DNA from: an uncultured Coriobacteriaceae bacterium
GTDB lineage: Bacteria; Bacillota; Clostridia; Oscillospirales; Acutalibacteraceae
DNA length: 64,000 nucleotides
Reading direction: 5' to 3'
Assembly: GCA_963648385.1 (NCBI GenBank)
Contig: CAVJDU010000001.1
Span: forward strand, 19,579-83,578
Position 1 is the first letter of the stretch; every line of letters begins with the position of its first letter. This document shows positions 1 to 9,562 of this stretch, one piece after another. A model generated the notes under the pieces. That model saw nothing but the letters and a program-made list of their open reading frames with translations, did no database searches and was not told the origin of the DNA. The translations under genes were made by a program, and so were the position numbers.

Positions 1-1
1 C

Positions 2-799
2 GCCGACGAGTATAAAAAGCTCGGCATCGCAACAGAGCCGAATATTAAGCTTGCCAATGCTACCAATCCCAATATCGAAACTATCAGAAGCTCGATTATT
101 CCGACTCAGCTTTGCCAGGTTAAGTCGAACTCCTCCTATGCTCCGTCATTCGGAATTTTTGAGATCGGACGGGTTGTTGACGGCGTTGACGAGAATAATC
201 TTTGCCGTGAACATAAAAAGCTTGCAATCACGCTTTACAGCAAGACCGAGACAACGGAGGAGCTTTATTTCAAGCTTATCAACATGATCTCGGTTGCCGT
301 TGACGATATCAAGCACAAGAGCCTTTCCTTTAAGGCGAAGAGCACCGAGCTTAATTATATCCATCCGAAGAATTACAATGCTATCGTTTGCGACGGCAAG
401 GAGCTTGGAGTTATCGGTGTTGTTCACCCGGAGCTTCTCAGAAATATCGACAAGAAAGCGAACATCGTTTTCCTTGAAATGGATGTAAAGGCTCTTGTTG
501 CGGTCAAGAATGCGGGAATCAAGTATGCCGAGGCTTCAAAGTATCCGTCAATCGAGGTTGATGTTACTTTCGTTACCGAAACATTCAAGCCGATCAAGGA
601 AGCGATTGAGCTTATCAACTCCGAGCTTATTAAAAAGACATCGGTCGTTGATACTTATCAGGACGCAAACGGTAAGTCCATCACGATAAGAATCGTGTTC
701 TCTCACCCCGAAAGAACTCTTGTTAAGGACGAGGTTATGGCAATCGTCAATGACCTTATCGCAAAGCTCGGAAGTAAGGGAATCAATATGAAATCATAA
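2..799 (+). CDS. pheT: Phenylalanine--tRNA ligase beta subunit, C-terminal part (5' end lies outside the window)
   Basis: Frame 2 is open from the window edge (ADEYKKLGIATEPNIKLANATNPNIETIRSSIIPTQL...). The C-terminal anticodon-binding-like segment (SIEVDVTFV...SITIRIVFSHPERTLVKDEV) is typical of PheT. Stop codon at 797-799. Confidence 0.8.
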   Translation, partial: ADEYKKLGIATEPNIKLANATNPNIETIRSSIIPTQLCQVKSNSSYAPSFGIFEIGRVVDGVDENNLCREHKKLAITLYSKTETTEELYFKLINMISVAVDDIKHKSLSFKAKSTELNYIHPKNYNAIVCDGKELGVIGVVHPELLRNIDKKANIVFLEMDVKALVAVKNAGIKYAEASKYPSIEVDVTFVTETFKPIKEAIELINSELIKKTSVVDTYQDANGKSITIRIVFSHPERTLVKDEVMAIVNDLIAKLGSKGINMKS

Positions 800-817
800 A
801 TTCAATATGATACGAAC

Positions 818-850
818 GGGACTGTCGCACTCAGCACAGCCCCGTTTCTT
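818..850 (+). terminator. Putative intrinsic terminator of pheT
   Basis: Hairpin GGGACTGT...ACAGCCCC with one mismatch, followed by GTTTCTT. Confidence 0.5.
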
Positions 851-871
851 AGCCTAAGGCGGCATTGCCCT

Positions 872-898
872 AAAAAAACAGCCGCATCTCTGCGGCTG
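872..898 (-). terminator. Putative intrinsic terminator of ychF
   Basis: Perfect hairpin CAGCCGCA-tctc-TGCGGCTG. It is preceded on the plus strand by AAAAAAA, which is a U-tract on the minus strand. Confidence 0.6.
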
Positions 899-912
899 CC
901 GTGAATATTCAG

Positions 913-2007
913 TTAAACATTAAAAAGGAAGTGGACGATGTCGCCGTCCTTCATGACATACTCTTTACCCTCGGAGCGGATAAGTCCCTTTTCTCTTGCT
1001 GCGGCAAGCGAGCCGCACTCCATAAGATTTTCAAAGCTGATGACCTCGGCTCTGATGAATCCCTTTTCAAAATCGGAATGTATCTTTCCGGCGGCTTGGG
1101 GAGCTTTTGTTCCTTTCTTTATCGTCCATGCACGAACCTCGGGTTGACCTGCGGTCAGGTACGAGATAAGTCCGAGCAGGTCATAGCTGCGCTGAATGAG
1201 AAGATCAAGACCGCCCTGTTCGATTCCGAGATCGGCAAGAAACATTTCCTTTTCTTCCTTGCTGAGGCTTGCAATTTCGGCTTCCATCTCGGCGCAGATC
1301 GGAAGAGTCTGCGAACCCTCCTCCTCGGCGATTTTGCAAACCGCACGGTATCTTTCGTTCTCGTCAATGTTGTTTGCAAAGTCGTCCTCGCTCATGTTGC
1401 AGGCATAAATAACAGGCTTTGATGTGAGCAGAGCCATGTCGTTGAGGACTGCCTTTTCATCATCGTCACAGTCATAGCTTCTTGCGCATTTGCCGCTTTC
1501 GAGGTGGGACTTGAGATTTTTCAAAAACTCAACCTCTTTTGCAAGGCTCTTGTCGCCTTTCATCGCCTTTATCGTTCTGTCAAGGCGGCGGTCAACCATC
1601 TCGATATCCGAAAAAATAAGCTCAAAATTTATTGTTTCAATGTCCCTTGTCGGGTCAACGCTGCCCTCAACATGAATGATATCGTCATTCTCAAAGCAGC
1701 GTACAACATGGATTATTGCGTCCGTCTCACGAATATGCGAAAGGAATTTGTTGCCAAGACCCTCGCCCTTCGATGCGCCCTTAACGAGGCCTGCAATGTC
1801 AACGAATTCAATAACGGCAGGTGTAATTTTGACCGGGTTATACATTTTTGCGAGTGCGTCGATTCTGTTGTCGGGAACGGCAACCACGCCGACATTCGGC
1901 TCAATCGTGCAGAACGGATAGTTTGCGGACTGTGCGCCTGCGTTTGTGATTGCGTTAAAAAGCGTGCTCTTGCCGACATTCGGCAAGCCTACTATACCTA
2001 ACTTCAT
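913..2007 (-). CDS. ychF: Ribosome-binding ATPase YchF (Obg-like GTPase family)
   Basis: N-terminus MKLGIVGLPNVGKSTLFNAIT (P-loop), then EFVDIAGLVKGASKGEGLGNKFLSHIRETDAIIHVVRCF, and a TGS-like C-terminus. 364 aa. Confidence 0.95.
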   Translation of the reverse strand: MKLGIVGLPNVGKSTLFNAITNAGAQSANYPFCTIEPNVGVVAVPDNRIDALAKMYNPVKITPAVIEFVDIAGLVKGASKGEGLGNKFLSHIRETDAIIHVVRCFENDDIIHVEGSVDPTRDIETINFELIFSDIEMVDRRLDRTIKAMKGDKSLAKEVEFLKNLKSHLESGKCARSYDCDDDEKAVLNDMALLTSKPVIYACNMSEDDFANNIDENERYRAVCKIAEEEGSQTLPICAEMEAEIASLSKEEKEMFLADLGIEQGGLDLLIQRSYDLLGLISYLTAGQPEVRAWTIKKGTKAPQAAGKIHSDFEKGFIRAEVISFENLMECGSLAAAREKGLIRSEGKEYVMKDGDIVHFLFNV

Positions 2008-2080
2008 TACATTACTTCCTTTGTTTCATACTGCATTATATTATAAAGTAAAACTTCGGAAATTTCAACCTGTATTTATG

Positions 2081-2106
2081 AAAAATCCCCGACGCTGAGG
2101 TCGGGG
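2081..2106 (-). terminator. Intrinsic terminator downstream of the PHP-like gene
   Basis: Hairpin CCCCGAC-gctgag-GTCGGGG, followed by ATTTTT on the minus strand. Confidence 0.6.
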
Positions 2107-2128
2107 GCGGGACACGGTGTTAACATCA

Positions 2129-3586
2129 TTAATACGGGTTGAAGAACCTGTCAAACACATTGTATCCGAGCGCAAAATATTTAAACGCCCAGATAATCGG
2201 ATTAAATCGGAAGAATATCCAATCCGTTACGGTTGCAAGACCTCTGAGAAAGGTTGAAATATCATGCGTTTCGGGAACTTCGACGGGAGGGATTTCTTCG
2301 CCCTCGACATTGAGAACGAACGGCTGGGAATAGCAGATCCCGTTCTCGCCGGTAATGTAAAACCTCAGATAAAGATAAGGCTCGTCAAGAAGCTCATTGT
2401 TATAAAGGTCAAGCGTTGCCGTTGTGTCGGTGATGTTCTCCTCGCGGAGGATAACATTTCCGTTTGAAACCCATGTTATGCTGTCAAAGTTTGTTCCCTC
2501 AATCTTGATTGTTCCTTTGTCGTTGTCAACATCTATTCGGGTGACCATGGGCGTGTCGTCAAGCAGATAAAGCTGTTCGTCATGAACCTTTTGCTCAACG
2601 AATTCGGGAATTTCTTCCATTCCGTTAAGCTCAACGCCGTTTGAGAAATGCGAAACGGCAAAAGCCCATCCGTTTTCCATGCTCTTGCGGACATTTTCAT
2701 TTGTTAGATCGTCCATCATAAGCATTGTGTATGCGTAGTTTATTGATTGTTCGGAATGAGAATCGGAGAAGGAAAATGCCCAAGGAACTACGCCGTTCGG
2801 AATGGTTTTTTGCAGAATTTGATCGTAAAGAATTCGGTCGCATCGGGTGTTTTCGTCTCTTGAACTGTTTATGCCCATGCCTACGCTTGAGCCTGCGTTG
2901 TCGAGGAAAAGGCGGGCAAATTTATTTGCATAGTAATCGTCAACCTTTTGTCCGACATGATCCTTGCTGTTCATTCTGTACATATATTCGCCGACATGGG
3001 CAAGCATTGAAATTCCGCCGGCTTCGCGAACTCCCTTTGTGGGCGTTTCGTAATCGCCGTAAACGCCTGCAAGTCCCTGACCGTAATCCGAAAAATAACC
3101 GGTAAGGTGGCAGTCGGCAATCGGCGTTGCCATATTCAGCTCGATTCCCTGCGGAACATCAAGCATACCGTTTTGGTGCGTTCTTGTCGGCGAAGCCGCC
3201 GTGCCGTTGAGATAGGTTTCGTATTCCTCGTCGCTGAGCGGATAGATCGGAGCCATATGGGTGCGCTCATATTTAACAAGGCGCAGAAGCGGAATCAGCT
3301 CAGGCTGCTTGTTCCAGCCTTTGTTGATGGTGCCGTGATCCGTGAGCGCAACGGCGTCATAGTTCAAATCATAATGCTTTTGAACGAATTCCTTGATAGT
3401 CAGATATCCGTCCGTTGCGTTGGTTTGGCAATGAGGTTGAAATTTGCATGACTGCCAATTGTCCCAGTCAACCGCTTCATACGGATTCGTAATGATGTAA
3501 TTTTTCCCTTTTGCCGATACACCGACAGCAAAAAGCTGCGCCGCAATAATTACGCTGAGAAAAACCGATAAAATTTTTTTAGCCAT
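2129..3586 (-). CDS. Secreted PHP-domain-like metal-dependent phosphoesterase (function unknown)
   Basis: Signal peptide MAKKILSVFLSVIIAAQLFAVGVSA. PHP-like motif series HCQTNATDG, ALTDHG, and a late FSDSHS. SD GGAGGG lies upstream of the ATG. Hydrophobic C-terminal tail. Confidence 0.55.
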   Translation of the reverse strand: MAKKILSVFLSVIIAAQLFAVGVSAKGKNYIITNPYEAVDWDNWQSCKFQPHCQTNATDGYLTIKEFVQKHYDLNYDAVALTDHGTINKGWNKQPELIPLLRLVKYERTHMAPIYPLSDEEYETYLNGTAASPTRTHQNGMLDVPQGIELNMATPIADCHLTGYFSDYGQGLAGVYGDYETPTKGVREAGGISMLAHVGEYMYRMNSKDHVGQKVDDYYANKFARLFLDNAGSSVGMGINSSRDENTRCDRILYDQILQKTIPNGVVPWAFSFSDSHSEQSINYAYTMLMMDDLTNENVRKSMENGWAFAVSHFSNGVELNGMEEIPEFVEQKVHDEQLYLLDDTPMVTRIDVDNDKGTIKIEGTNFDSITWVSNGNVILREENITDTTATLDLYNNELLDEPYLYLRFYITGENGICYSQPFVLNVEGEEIPPVEVPETHDISTFLRGLATVTDWIFFRFNPIIWAFKYFALGYNVFDRFFNPY

Positions 3587-3785
3587 ATATTTCCCTCCTT
3601 GAATATTTGTGATTTTATTATGAAGAAAAATTTGTCGGCTGTCAACAGTTTTTTTGAAAAATAAATTTAATATTGTATTATTTAACCAAATATGGTATCA
3701 TAAATGTCAGACAGCCGCCGATAATCGCACTCTGATCTAATCGGCGGTTACTCAAAAATAAAAAACAATGTCGGGAGGTTGCGAA

Positions 3786-5456
3786 ATGTATAAATTTGAA
3801 CCTTTTATAAAATATGAATACAACGGCCGCATTTACGAAAACAGCAAGACGGAATGCGACAACTATAAGCTCGAGCTTTCAATCAATGATGAGGGCATAC
3901 AGTGCACGCTTGTGCCGAATGTTAAAATGAAGCTGATTGAATTTAATCTTTCGGCTATCAAAAAGTTGGCTGAAAATGAGCTTTTCTTTGCAAACGGCTA
4001 CCAGTCATGGACAACATCGAGAGAATTTGGCGGCAACGACACTCAGAACGGAATCACTAAGCTTGCCGGCGTAAACAAGCTTGCTCAAACGCTCGCCGAG
4101 GTTCCCGGCGACTATACTTTTGCGCAATACGGCAAAAAAGGTGTGTTCCATTCATATACTTACACCTATTTTCGCATCGGAGACAGGGTCGAGCTTTTCG
4201 GCTCATGCGACGAGAAATACGGCTACACGGTTTTTTCGGTGGACTATAGATTCAACAAGTTTACCGTTGCCAAGGATGTTGAAGGACTTGAAGCCGACGA
4301 TGAGATAATTTTGCTTGATATTGTCGGATTTTGTGGCGGCTACGACGAGGTTTTTGATAAATATTTCGGCTCGATGGATCTCAGAAAGCCGAGAGTAAAC
4401 CACCTTTCGGGCTACACCTCATGGTACAATTATTTTCAAAAGATCAACGAAAAAATAATCCTGCGTGACCTTGACGGGCTTGACTGTGCAAAGGACAGCG
4501 TTTCGATATTCCAGATAGACGACGGCTATGAAAGCAAGGTTGGCGATTGGCTTATTCCCGATTACGGAAAGTTCCCGAACGGCATGAAGCCTATTGCGCA
4601 GGCAATTCACAAAAAAGGCTATCTTGCCGGAATATGGATTGCTCCGTTTTCGGCGCAGAGAAGCTCGATCATTGCGAAGGATCACCCCGAATGGCTCATC
4701 AAGGACAATGCCACGGGCAAGCCGCTGCTCGGCTGTGTAGGCTGGGGCGGCGCATATACGCTTGATATTTATAACGGCGAAGCGAGAGAGTATATCCGCA
4801 ATTTCTTTGATGTGATTCTCAACGACTGGGACTTTGATATGGTTAAACTCGATTTTCTCTATTCCGAGGCTATGCAGCCGAGAAACGGGAAGTCAAGAGG
4901 TCAGATCATGTGCGAGGCCATGGATTTTCTGCGTGAGTGTGTCGGTGAGGAAAAGCTGATACTCGGTTGCGGAGTTCCGCTCGGCCCGTCATTCGGCGTT
5001 GTTGACGCTTGCAGAATAAGCTGCGATGTCGATCTCAAATATTCGCCGAAATATTACAACAGGATGGGAATCAATCTGGAGCTTCCCTCGGCGCAGAATG
5101 CAATAACAAGCTCTGTTTTTCGCCGTCATCTCAACGGCAGAGTTTTCTGCAACGACCCCGATGTTTTCTTCCTGAGAGAAAAGAATCTTACATTCACAAG
5201 GGCGCAAAAGCTCCTACTCGGCAAGATCAATAATCTCTGCGGCGATGTTCTGTTTGTTTCGGACAATGCGGGCGATTACAGCGACGATGACATTGAGCTT
5301 TTGAAAAAATTCTTCAAGAAAAACGAATGCGTTATTACCTCGAGCGGATTTATAAACGAAAATGAAATTCAGATTTGTTACACCGAGGGCGAGAAGAAAA
5401 AAATTCTTGAATTCAACCTTGCAACCGGAAAAAGTAATGTTGAAAAGCTGATATAG
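3786..5456 (+). CDS. Alpha-galactosidase, short GH36-type
   Basis: Motifs SGYTSWYNYF, FQIDDGYESKVGDW, GIWIAPF, DFDMVKLDFLY and CNDPDVFF. About 556 aa, like the short GH36 enzymes. I prefer the ATG at 3786 (SD GGGAGG 7 nt upstream) over the track start at 3768. Confidence 0.75.
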   Translation: MYKFEPFIKYEYNGRIYENSKTECDNYKLELSINDEGIQCTLVPNVKMKLIEFNLSAIKKLAENELFFANGYQSWTTSREFGGNDTQNGITKLAGVNKLAQTLAEVPGDYTFAQYGKKGVFHSYTYTYFRIGDRVELFGSCDEKYGYTVFSVDYRFNKFTVAKDVEGLEADDEIILLDIVGFCGGYDEVFDKYFGSMDLRKPRVNHLSGYTSWYNYFQKINEKIILRDLDGLDCAKDSVSIFQIDDGYESKVGDWLIPDYGKFPNGMKPIAQAIHKKGYLAGIWIAPFSAQRSSIIAKDHPEWLIKDNATGKPLLGCVGWGGAYTLDIYNGEAREYIRNFFDVILNDWDFDMVKLDFLYSEAMQPRNGKSRGQIMCEAMDFLRECVGEEKLILGCGVPLGPSFGVVDACRISCDVDLKYSPKYYNRMGINLELPSAQNAITSSVFRRHLNGRVFCNDPDVFFLREKNLTFTRAQKLLLGKINNLCGDVLFVSDNAGDYSDDDIELLKKFFKKNECVITSSGFINENEIQICYTEGEKKKILEFNLATGKSNVEKLI

Positions 5457-5464
5457 GAGGAGAC

Positions 5465-5980
5465 ATGAAAAGAATCGCAAAATTTCACAAGGTTAGCTAT
5501 GAGCAGTTTATTGAAAGCTGCAAGGAGGAATTTGACGAAAACGAGATAAAGGAAATGTACGGGGATATCAAGCTTCCTGTTCGTGCAACGGCAGGCTCGG
5601 CGGGTTATGATATTTTCGCTCCGTTTGATTTTGCCCTTGCGCCGTCGGAAACGATAAAGATCCCGACGGGTATTCGCTGCGAGATCGACGAGGGCTGGGT
5701 TCTGAAAATTTATCCGAGAAGCGGACTAGGCTTTAAGTTCCGTTTGCAGCTCAACAACACGGTCGGCATTATCGACAGCGACTATTTTTATTCCGATAAC
5801 GAAGGTCATATCTTCGTTAAAATAACAAACGACTCCAACGAGAATAAGACCGTTGAAGTCAAAAAAGGTACGGGCTTTGCCCAGGGCATTTTCGTTGAAT
5901 ACGGAATAACGGTTGACGATGAGGCAACGGGGGTACGCAACGGCGGCTTTGGAAGCACAACAAAACAGATCAATCGTTGA
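5465..5980 (+). CDS. dut: dUTP diphosphatase (dUTPase family with an N-terminal extension)
   Basis: Motifs RATAGSAGYDIFAP, GIIDSDY, and C-terminal RNGGFGSTT. Confidence 0.8.
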   Translation: MKRIAKFHKVSYEQFIESCKEEFDENEIKEMYGDIKLPVRATAGSAGYDIFAPFDFALAPSETIKIPTGIRCEIDEGWVLKIYPRSGLGFKFRLQLNNTVGIIDSDYFYSDNEGHIFVKITNDSNENKTVEVKKGTGFAQGIFVEYGITVDDEATGVRNGGFGSTTKQINR

Positions 5981-5995
5981 TCCTCGGCGATTGGC

Positions 5996-6046
5996 AAAAA
6001 AAAATAAAACCGACACATTCGATTGACAGGTGTGTCGGTTCTTTTC
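5996..6046. terminator. Bidirectional terminator between convergent dut and trmL
   Basis: 10-bp stem AACCGACACA / TGTGTCGGTT, flanked by an A-run and CTTTTC. Confidence 0.7.
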
Positions 6047-6049
6047 GTC

Positions 6050-6565
6050 TTATTCGGAGTCTTTCCAGTCGAATTTCGTCAGCTTTCCGGCGCAGAGTAG
6101 GTTCGGATAGTTCCACTGCCTGAGAACCTCATAAACTGCGATTGCGACCGAATTGGAAAGATTCAGGCTTCTTGCCGCCGAATCGTTTATCATCGGAATT
6201 CTCACACATTCGCTCGGGTGTTTGAAAAGAAGCTCCTCGGGCAAGCCCTTTGTTTCTTTGCCGAAAAAGAGATAAACATTATCTCCGTATTCAACATCAA
6301 CATAGCGGTTTTGCGCTTTTGTGGTAAAGAAGCGGTATTCGCCGTTCGGATTTTTTTCAAAAAAATCATCCAAGTTTTTGTAGTAAGTTATGTCGAGCAG
6401 GTGCCAGTAATCAAGACCTGCTCTTTTTAATTTTTTATCGTCGGGCGTGAAGCCCATCGGCTCGATTATGTGTAGTCGTGTGCCGGTTGCGGCGCAGGTT
6501 CGTGCGATGTTGCCCGTGTTCTGCGGAATTTCCGGCTCTACGAGAACGATGTTCAGAGTTGCCAT
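6050..6565 (-). CDS. trmL: tRNA (cytidine/uridine-2'-O)-methyltransferase TrmL (SpoU/TrmH family)
   Basis: LNIVLVEPEIPQNTGNIARTCAATGTRLHIIEPMGF...KRAGLDYW, and a C-terminal SLNLSNSVAIAVYE knot region. Confidence 0.9.
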   Translation of the reverse strand: MATLNIVLVEPEIPQNTGNIARTCAATGTRLHIIEPMGFTPDDKKLKRAGLDYWHLLDITYYKNLDDFFEKNPNGEYRFFTTKAQNRYVDVEYGDNVYLFFGKETKGLPEELLFKHPSECVRIPMINDSAARSLNLSNSVAIAVYEVLRQWNYPNLLCAGKLTKFDWKDSE

Positions 6566-6597
6566 TTGTATTTCATGTTCCTTTCACTGATATTGCC

Positions 6598-7437
6598 TTA
6601 AACCGATTTTATAAGATTTTTAATTTCTGTTTCAAAGCAAAGACCGTATTTCCTGTCTGTATTTGATTCAAGCGTAACTTCGACGCATTTGCAGGTGAAG
6701 CCCATTGCAATTTGAACAGCGTCGGCAAAGGCTTTGCCGTTCATCACTGCCGCCGTCAATGCCGCCGCAAAAACATCGCCAGTACCGGGAAAACGACCTT
6801 CGGATTTCGGAGTGAAAAACATATTTGCCTTTCCCGTGAGACTGTCATATACGGCGCAGCCGATCTTTCCGTCGCCAAAGTCAACGCCGGTTATGACTAT
6901 CCTTGCCGAGCCGAGATTTCGCAGAGAAATCAGAAGCTCTTTAATAAAATCCATGTCGTAAATTTCGCCCGGCATCTCCGTTCCCGTAAGCATACAGGCT
7001 TCGGTCACATTGGGAACGATAACATCGGCAAGCGAGCAAAGAAAACGCATTTCGGAAATAAACGAATCGTCGATTCCCTTGTAAAAAGAGCCGTTATCGC
7101 CCATGACCGGGTCGCAGATATAAAGCGTGTCGCTTTTTTTGAAGTCGAGCAAGAAGCTTTTGACGCTTTCTGCCTGTTCGCAGCTTGCGAGATAGCCGCT
7201 GAAAATGCAATCGAATCTTTCCCCCAGGTTTTTCCAGTGGTTTGTGATTTCTCCGATTTTATCGGTGAGATCTTTTTTTACAAATCCTTCAAATTCCGTG
7301 TGTGCGGAAAAAACACCGGTCGGCAGGGGGACGCTCTCAATTCCGCAGGCGGAAATAATCGGTATCGCCGCAGTGAGTGAACATCTGCCGAGACAGGAAA
7401 TATCATTTATGAGCACCGCTCTTTTTTGCTTTTTCAT
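6598..7437 (-). CDS. pdxK: Pyridoxal/pyridoxamine kinase
   Basis: AVLINDISCLGRCSLTAAIPIISACG, DPVMGDNG, and GTGDVFAAALTA (ribokinase-fold anion hole). Confidence 0.85.
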   Translation of the reverse strand: MKKQKRAVLINDISCLGRCSLTAAIPIISACGIESVPLPTGVFSAHTEFEGFVKKDLTDKIGEITNHWKNLGERFDCIFSGYLASCEQAESVKSFLLDFKKSDTLYICDPVMGDNGSFYKGIDDSFISEMRFLCSLADVIVPNVTEACMLTGTEMPGEIYDMDFIKELLISLRNLGSARIVITGVDFGDGKIGCAVYDSLTGKANMFFTPKSEGRFPGTGDVFAAALTAAVMNGKAFADAVQIAMGFTCKCVEVTLESNTDRKYGLCFETEIKNLIKSV

Positions 7438-7573
7438 ATAGAATCAGCTCCAATTTTTTTATGCAAAAAATTATAACATAATACATCGGAATAATCAATT
7501 CATATGGTGACAAAATAATAGTGCAACACTGATTTATTCAGCGGTTAACAAATAATCGAACGGAGGTTGTATC

Positions 7574-7744
7574 ATGAAAAATTCGGGTTCTTCAATAGCC
7601 AAGGGAATAGGCGTAGGTATGCTTGTCGGCGGTGCAATGACGATTATCGGCTCGTCAATGATGAACAGCAAAAAGGCAAACTACAAAAAGATGGCAAAAA
7701 AAGCCATTAAGTCGGCAGAGTCCTTCATGGATTCCGTAATGTGA
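7574..7744 (+). CDS. Small (56 aa) predicted membrane protein, not in the ORF track
   Basis: ATG lies 8 nt after the SD GGAGG. Translation is MKNSGSSIAKGIGVGMLVGGAMTIIGSSMMNSKKANYKKMAKKAIKSAESFMDSVM, a Gly-rich TM segment plus a basic tail. A strong terminator follows. Confidence 0.45.
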   Translation: MKNSGSSIAKGIGVGMLVGGAMTIIGSSMMNSKKANYKKMAKKAIKSAESFMDSVM

Positions 7745-7765
7745 CAAGATGAACAAAGCAAACAG

Positions 7766-7797
7766 CCCCACGGCAGAAATGTCCGCCGTGGGGTTTT
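7766..7797 (+). terminator. Intrinsic terminator
   Basis: Hairpin CCCCACGGC-(10 nt)-GCCGTGGGG followed by TTTT. Confidence 0.7.
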
Positions 7798-7816
7798 GCG
7801 TGATGTAATTTTTTAT

Positions 7817-9310
7817 TCATTTTATTTTATTTATTAACGCTTTTGCGAGCTTTATGATATCATTTATTATGAGTCGAAGGTTGTCGAAAAATGTCGGTTG
7901 ATTTTCGATCGGCATTTCGGGCAAAATGTTTTCGCTGTCAAATATTGTAAACCTCGGATATTCCTCAAAGTCCTCAACGGTTGCCTGACCGTCATAATCC
8001 ATGAAAGCTCTTATCATATTCTCCAACGCTTCTTCATCTGCGCCATGCTTTATGTTTTTGACGAACCATGTCTGCTCCGGAAAAAGGCAGGAGGAAGCGT
8101 CAACGGTTTTGTCGGGCGATATGTATTTTGAGTCGGAGTCGATGTTATCGAGCGTTTTACCGTATTCGCTTGCCGTTGCGCCGAATGAGGCGTATTTAAC
8201 ATCAATTATTCCGTCACCGAGGTTGTTCGCCGAGGGGGTTATCGGAAGTGAAGAATAGCCGTAACGGGTTATGACATAAACATTGCATTTTTCGTTTGCC
8301 TCTTTGAGAATTTCGGTCTTTTTGCAGCGAACAGAAGTGTTGTAATTTTCGATTTTTGTCCTCAATGCGGAGTAGTCGATTTCGGAATCGCCGTAAATTT
8401 CGTTGAAAACAAAATCCATTGCATTGTCAAGATATTCGTCCGGAATCATTGCCCAAACGGCAAGCCAGCCGCCGAAAAGAGGCACTATGGCTCGAGCGCA
8501 AACCTCTTTTTGGATTTTTTCGCTCATAGCGTTTGTGTATTTTGCAATGATATTCATCAACCCCGTATCGTGGACGGCTTTGATGGCGGTATTTATAAGA
8601 TTTTCGTAGTCGCTGCCCTGAAAAGCGTAGAAAAGATAATTTTGCAGTGCGTCTGCGTTGAGATTGAGCTGACCGGTCATCAATTCGCCCGTGTAAGTTT
8701 CTCCGTAAATGGCGGTTGAATTAAAGACGACCGTTTTTACCTTATCGAAGCCGTAAAGGGAGAAATAGGTAACGGTAACAACTCCGCCGAAGCTGTGGCA
8801 GGTCAGCGTAACCTGCTCTTTTTTGGTAACATCGAGAACATAGTTAATAAAATCGTTGAGCTGAGCCGCAATTTCAATCGGGTCTTCTCTCCAGTCGTAT
8901 CTAAACTGGATATCGCCGCCGCTCTTGATCTCGGCGGCGGTGGGATATTCAAAGCGAACTCCCGAGCCGGTTTTGATCGTTCCGTCGGGGTTATTCATCG
9001 CTTTGTCGAAAACCTTGCGTGTAATATCGCCCATTTCTTTGCCGAAGCTGTCCCAATCCCCGGTAACGGCAAGCTTGGATAAGGCGGGAACGCTTTCCTT
9101 GACCGCATTGGTGATATCCTCAGCCGAGGGCGGCCATGCAACGCCGGAATTCGGGTCAGAAATATTTTCGTAGACCGTGGAATTCATAAATCCGTGAACC
9201 CAAATGCGAGGAAGTTGTTCGTCTGCCGCCGCAATGACCGAAAGCATCGGCATAACGCAGATAATCAGAGCAATAACAGCGGCAACAAAGCCTTTAAATT
9301 TTCTTTTCAT
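7817..9310 (-). CDS. Secreted alpha/beta-hydrolase (lipase/esterase-like)
   Basis: Signal peptide MKRKFKGFVAAVIALIICVMPMLSVIAA. It has RIWVHGF and the nucleophile-elbow-like TCHSFGG. SD GGAGGG is upstream. Confidence 0.55.
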   Translation of the reverse strand: MKRKFKGFVAAVIALIICVMPMLSVIAAADEQLPRIWVHGFMNSTVYENISDPNSGVAWPPSAEDITNAVKESVPALSKLAVTGDWDSFGKEMGDITRKVFDKAMNNPDGTIKTGSGVRFEYPTAAEIKSGGDIQFRYDWREDPIEIAAQLNDFINYVLDVTKKEQVTLTCHSFGGVVTVTYFSLYGFDKVKTVVFNSTAIYGETYTGELMTGQLNLNADALQNYLFYAFQGSDYENLINTAIKAVHDTGLMNIIAKYTNAMSEKIQKEVCARAIVPLFGGWLAVWAMIPDEYLDNAMDFVFNEIYGDSEIDYSALRTKIENYNTSVRCKKTEILKEANEKCNVYVITRYGYSSLPITPSANNLGDGIIDVKYASFGATASEYGKTLDNIDSDSKYISPDKTVDASSCLFPEQTWFVKNIKHGADEEALENMIRAFMDYDGQATVEDFEEYPRFTIFDSENILPEMPIENQPTFFDNLRLIINDIIKLAKALINKIK

Positions 9311-9562
9311 GGGCAGAACCCTCCATATATTATAAATTACTGTTTTAAGTATAGCAGAGACGAAAAATTTGTCAAGAAAATTGAAGAACGGAGAAGTATC
9401 GAATGTATTTTTTCAGCGTCGAAAAAAGCAGGAAAAGGCTTGTTTTGGTAAAAAAAGGTATCTAAAAGCCGACATTCGGAAAAACATGGAAAAAATAAAA
9501 TATAATTCAAGAGCAATACCGAAAAGAGAACGGTGTTGCACAAAAAACCGGAGGTTTAAAAC

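Noticed and set aside
3768-3788. Two ORFs (3768 and 32490) that share an MSGGC-type N-terminus, as a possible conserved leader peptide.
   Set aside because: The similarity is just the translated Shine-Dalgarno context (GGAGGTTG..AAATG) upstream of the real ATG starts. The same context also occurs at 7562.
9311-9562. Spo0A-box-like TCGAA half sites upstream of the Spo0A_C-like gene (GTATCGAAT, GCGTCGAAA).
   Set aside because: Neither matches the full TGTCGAA 0A box, and comparable partial matches occur inside coding regions, so there is no support for autoregulation.
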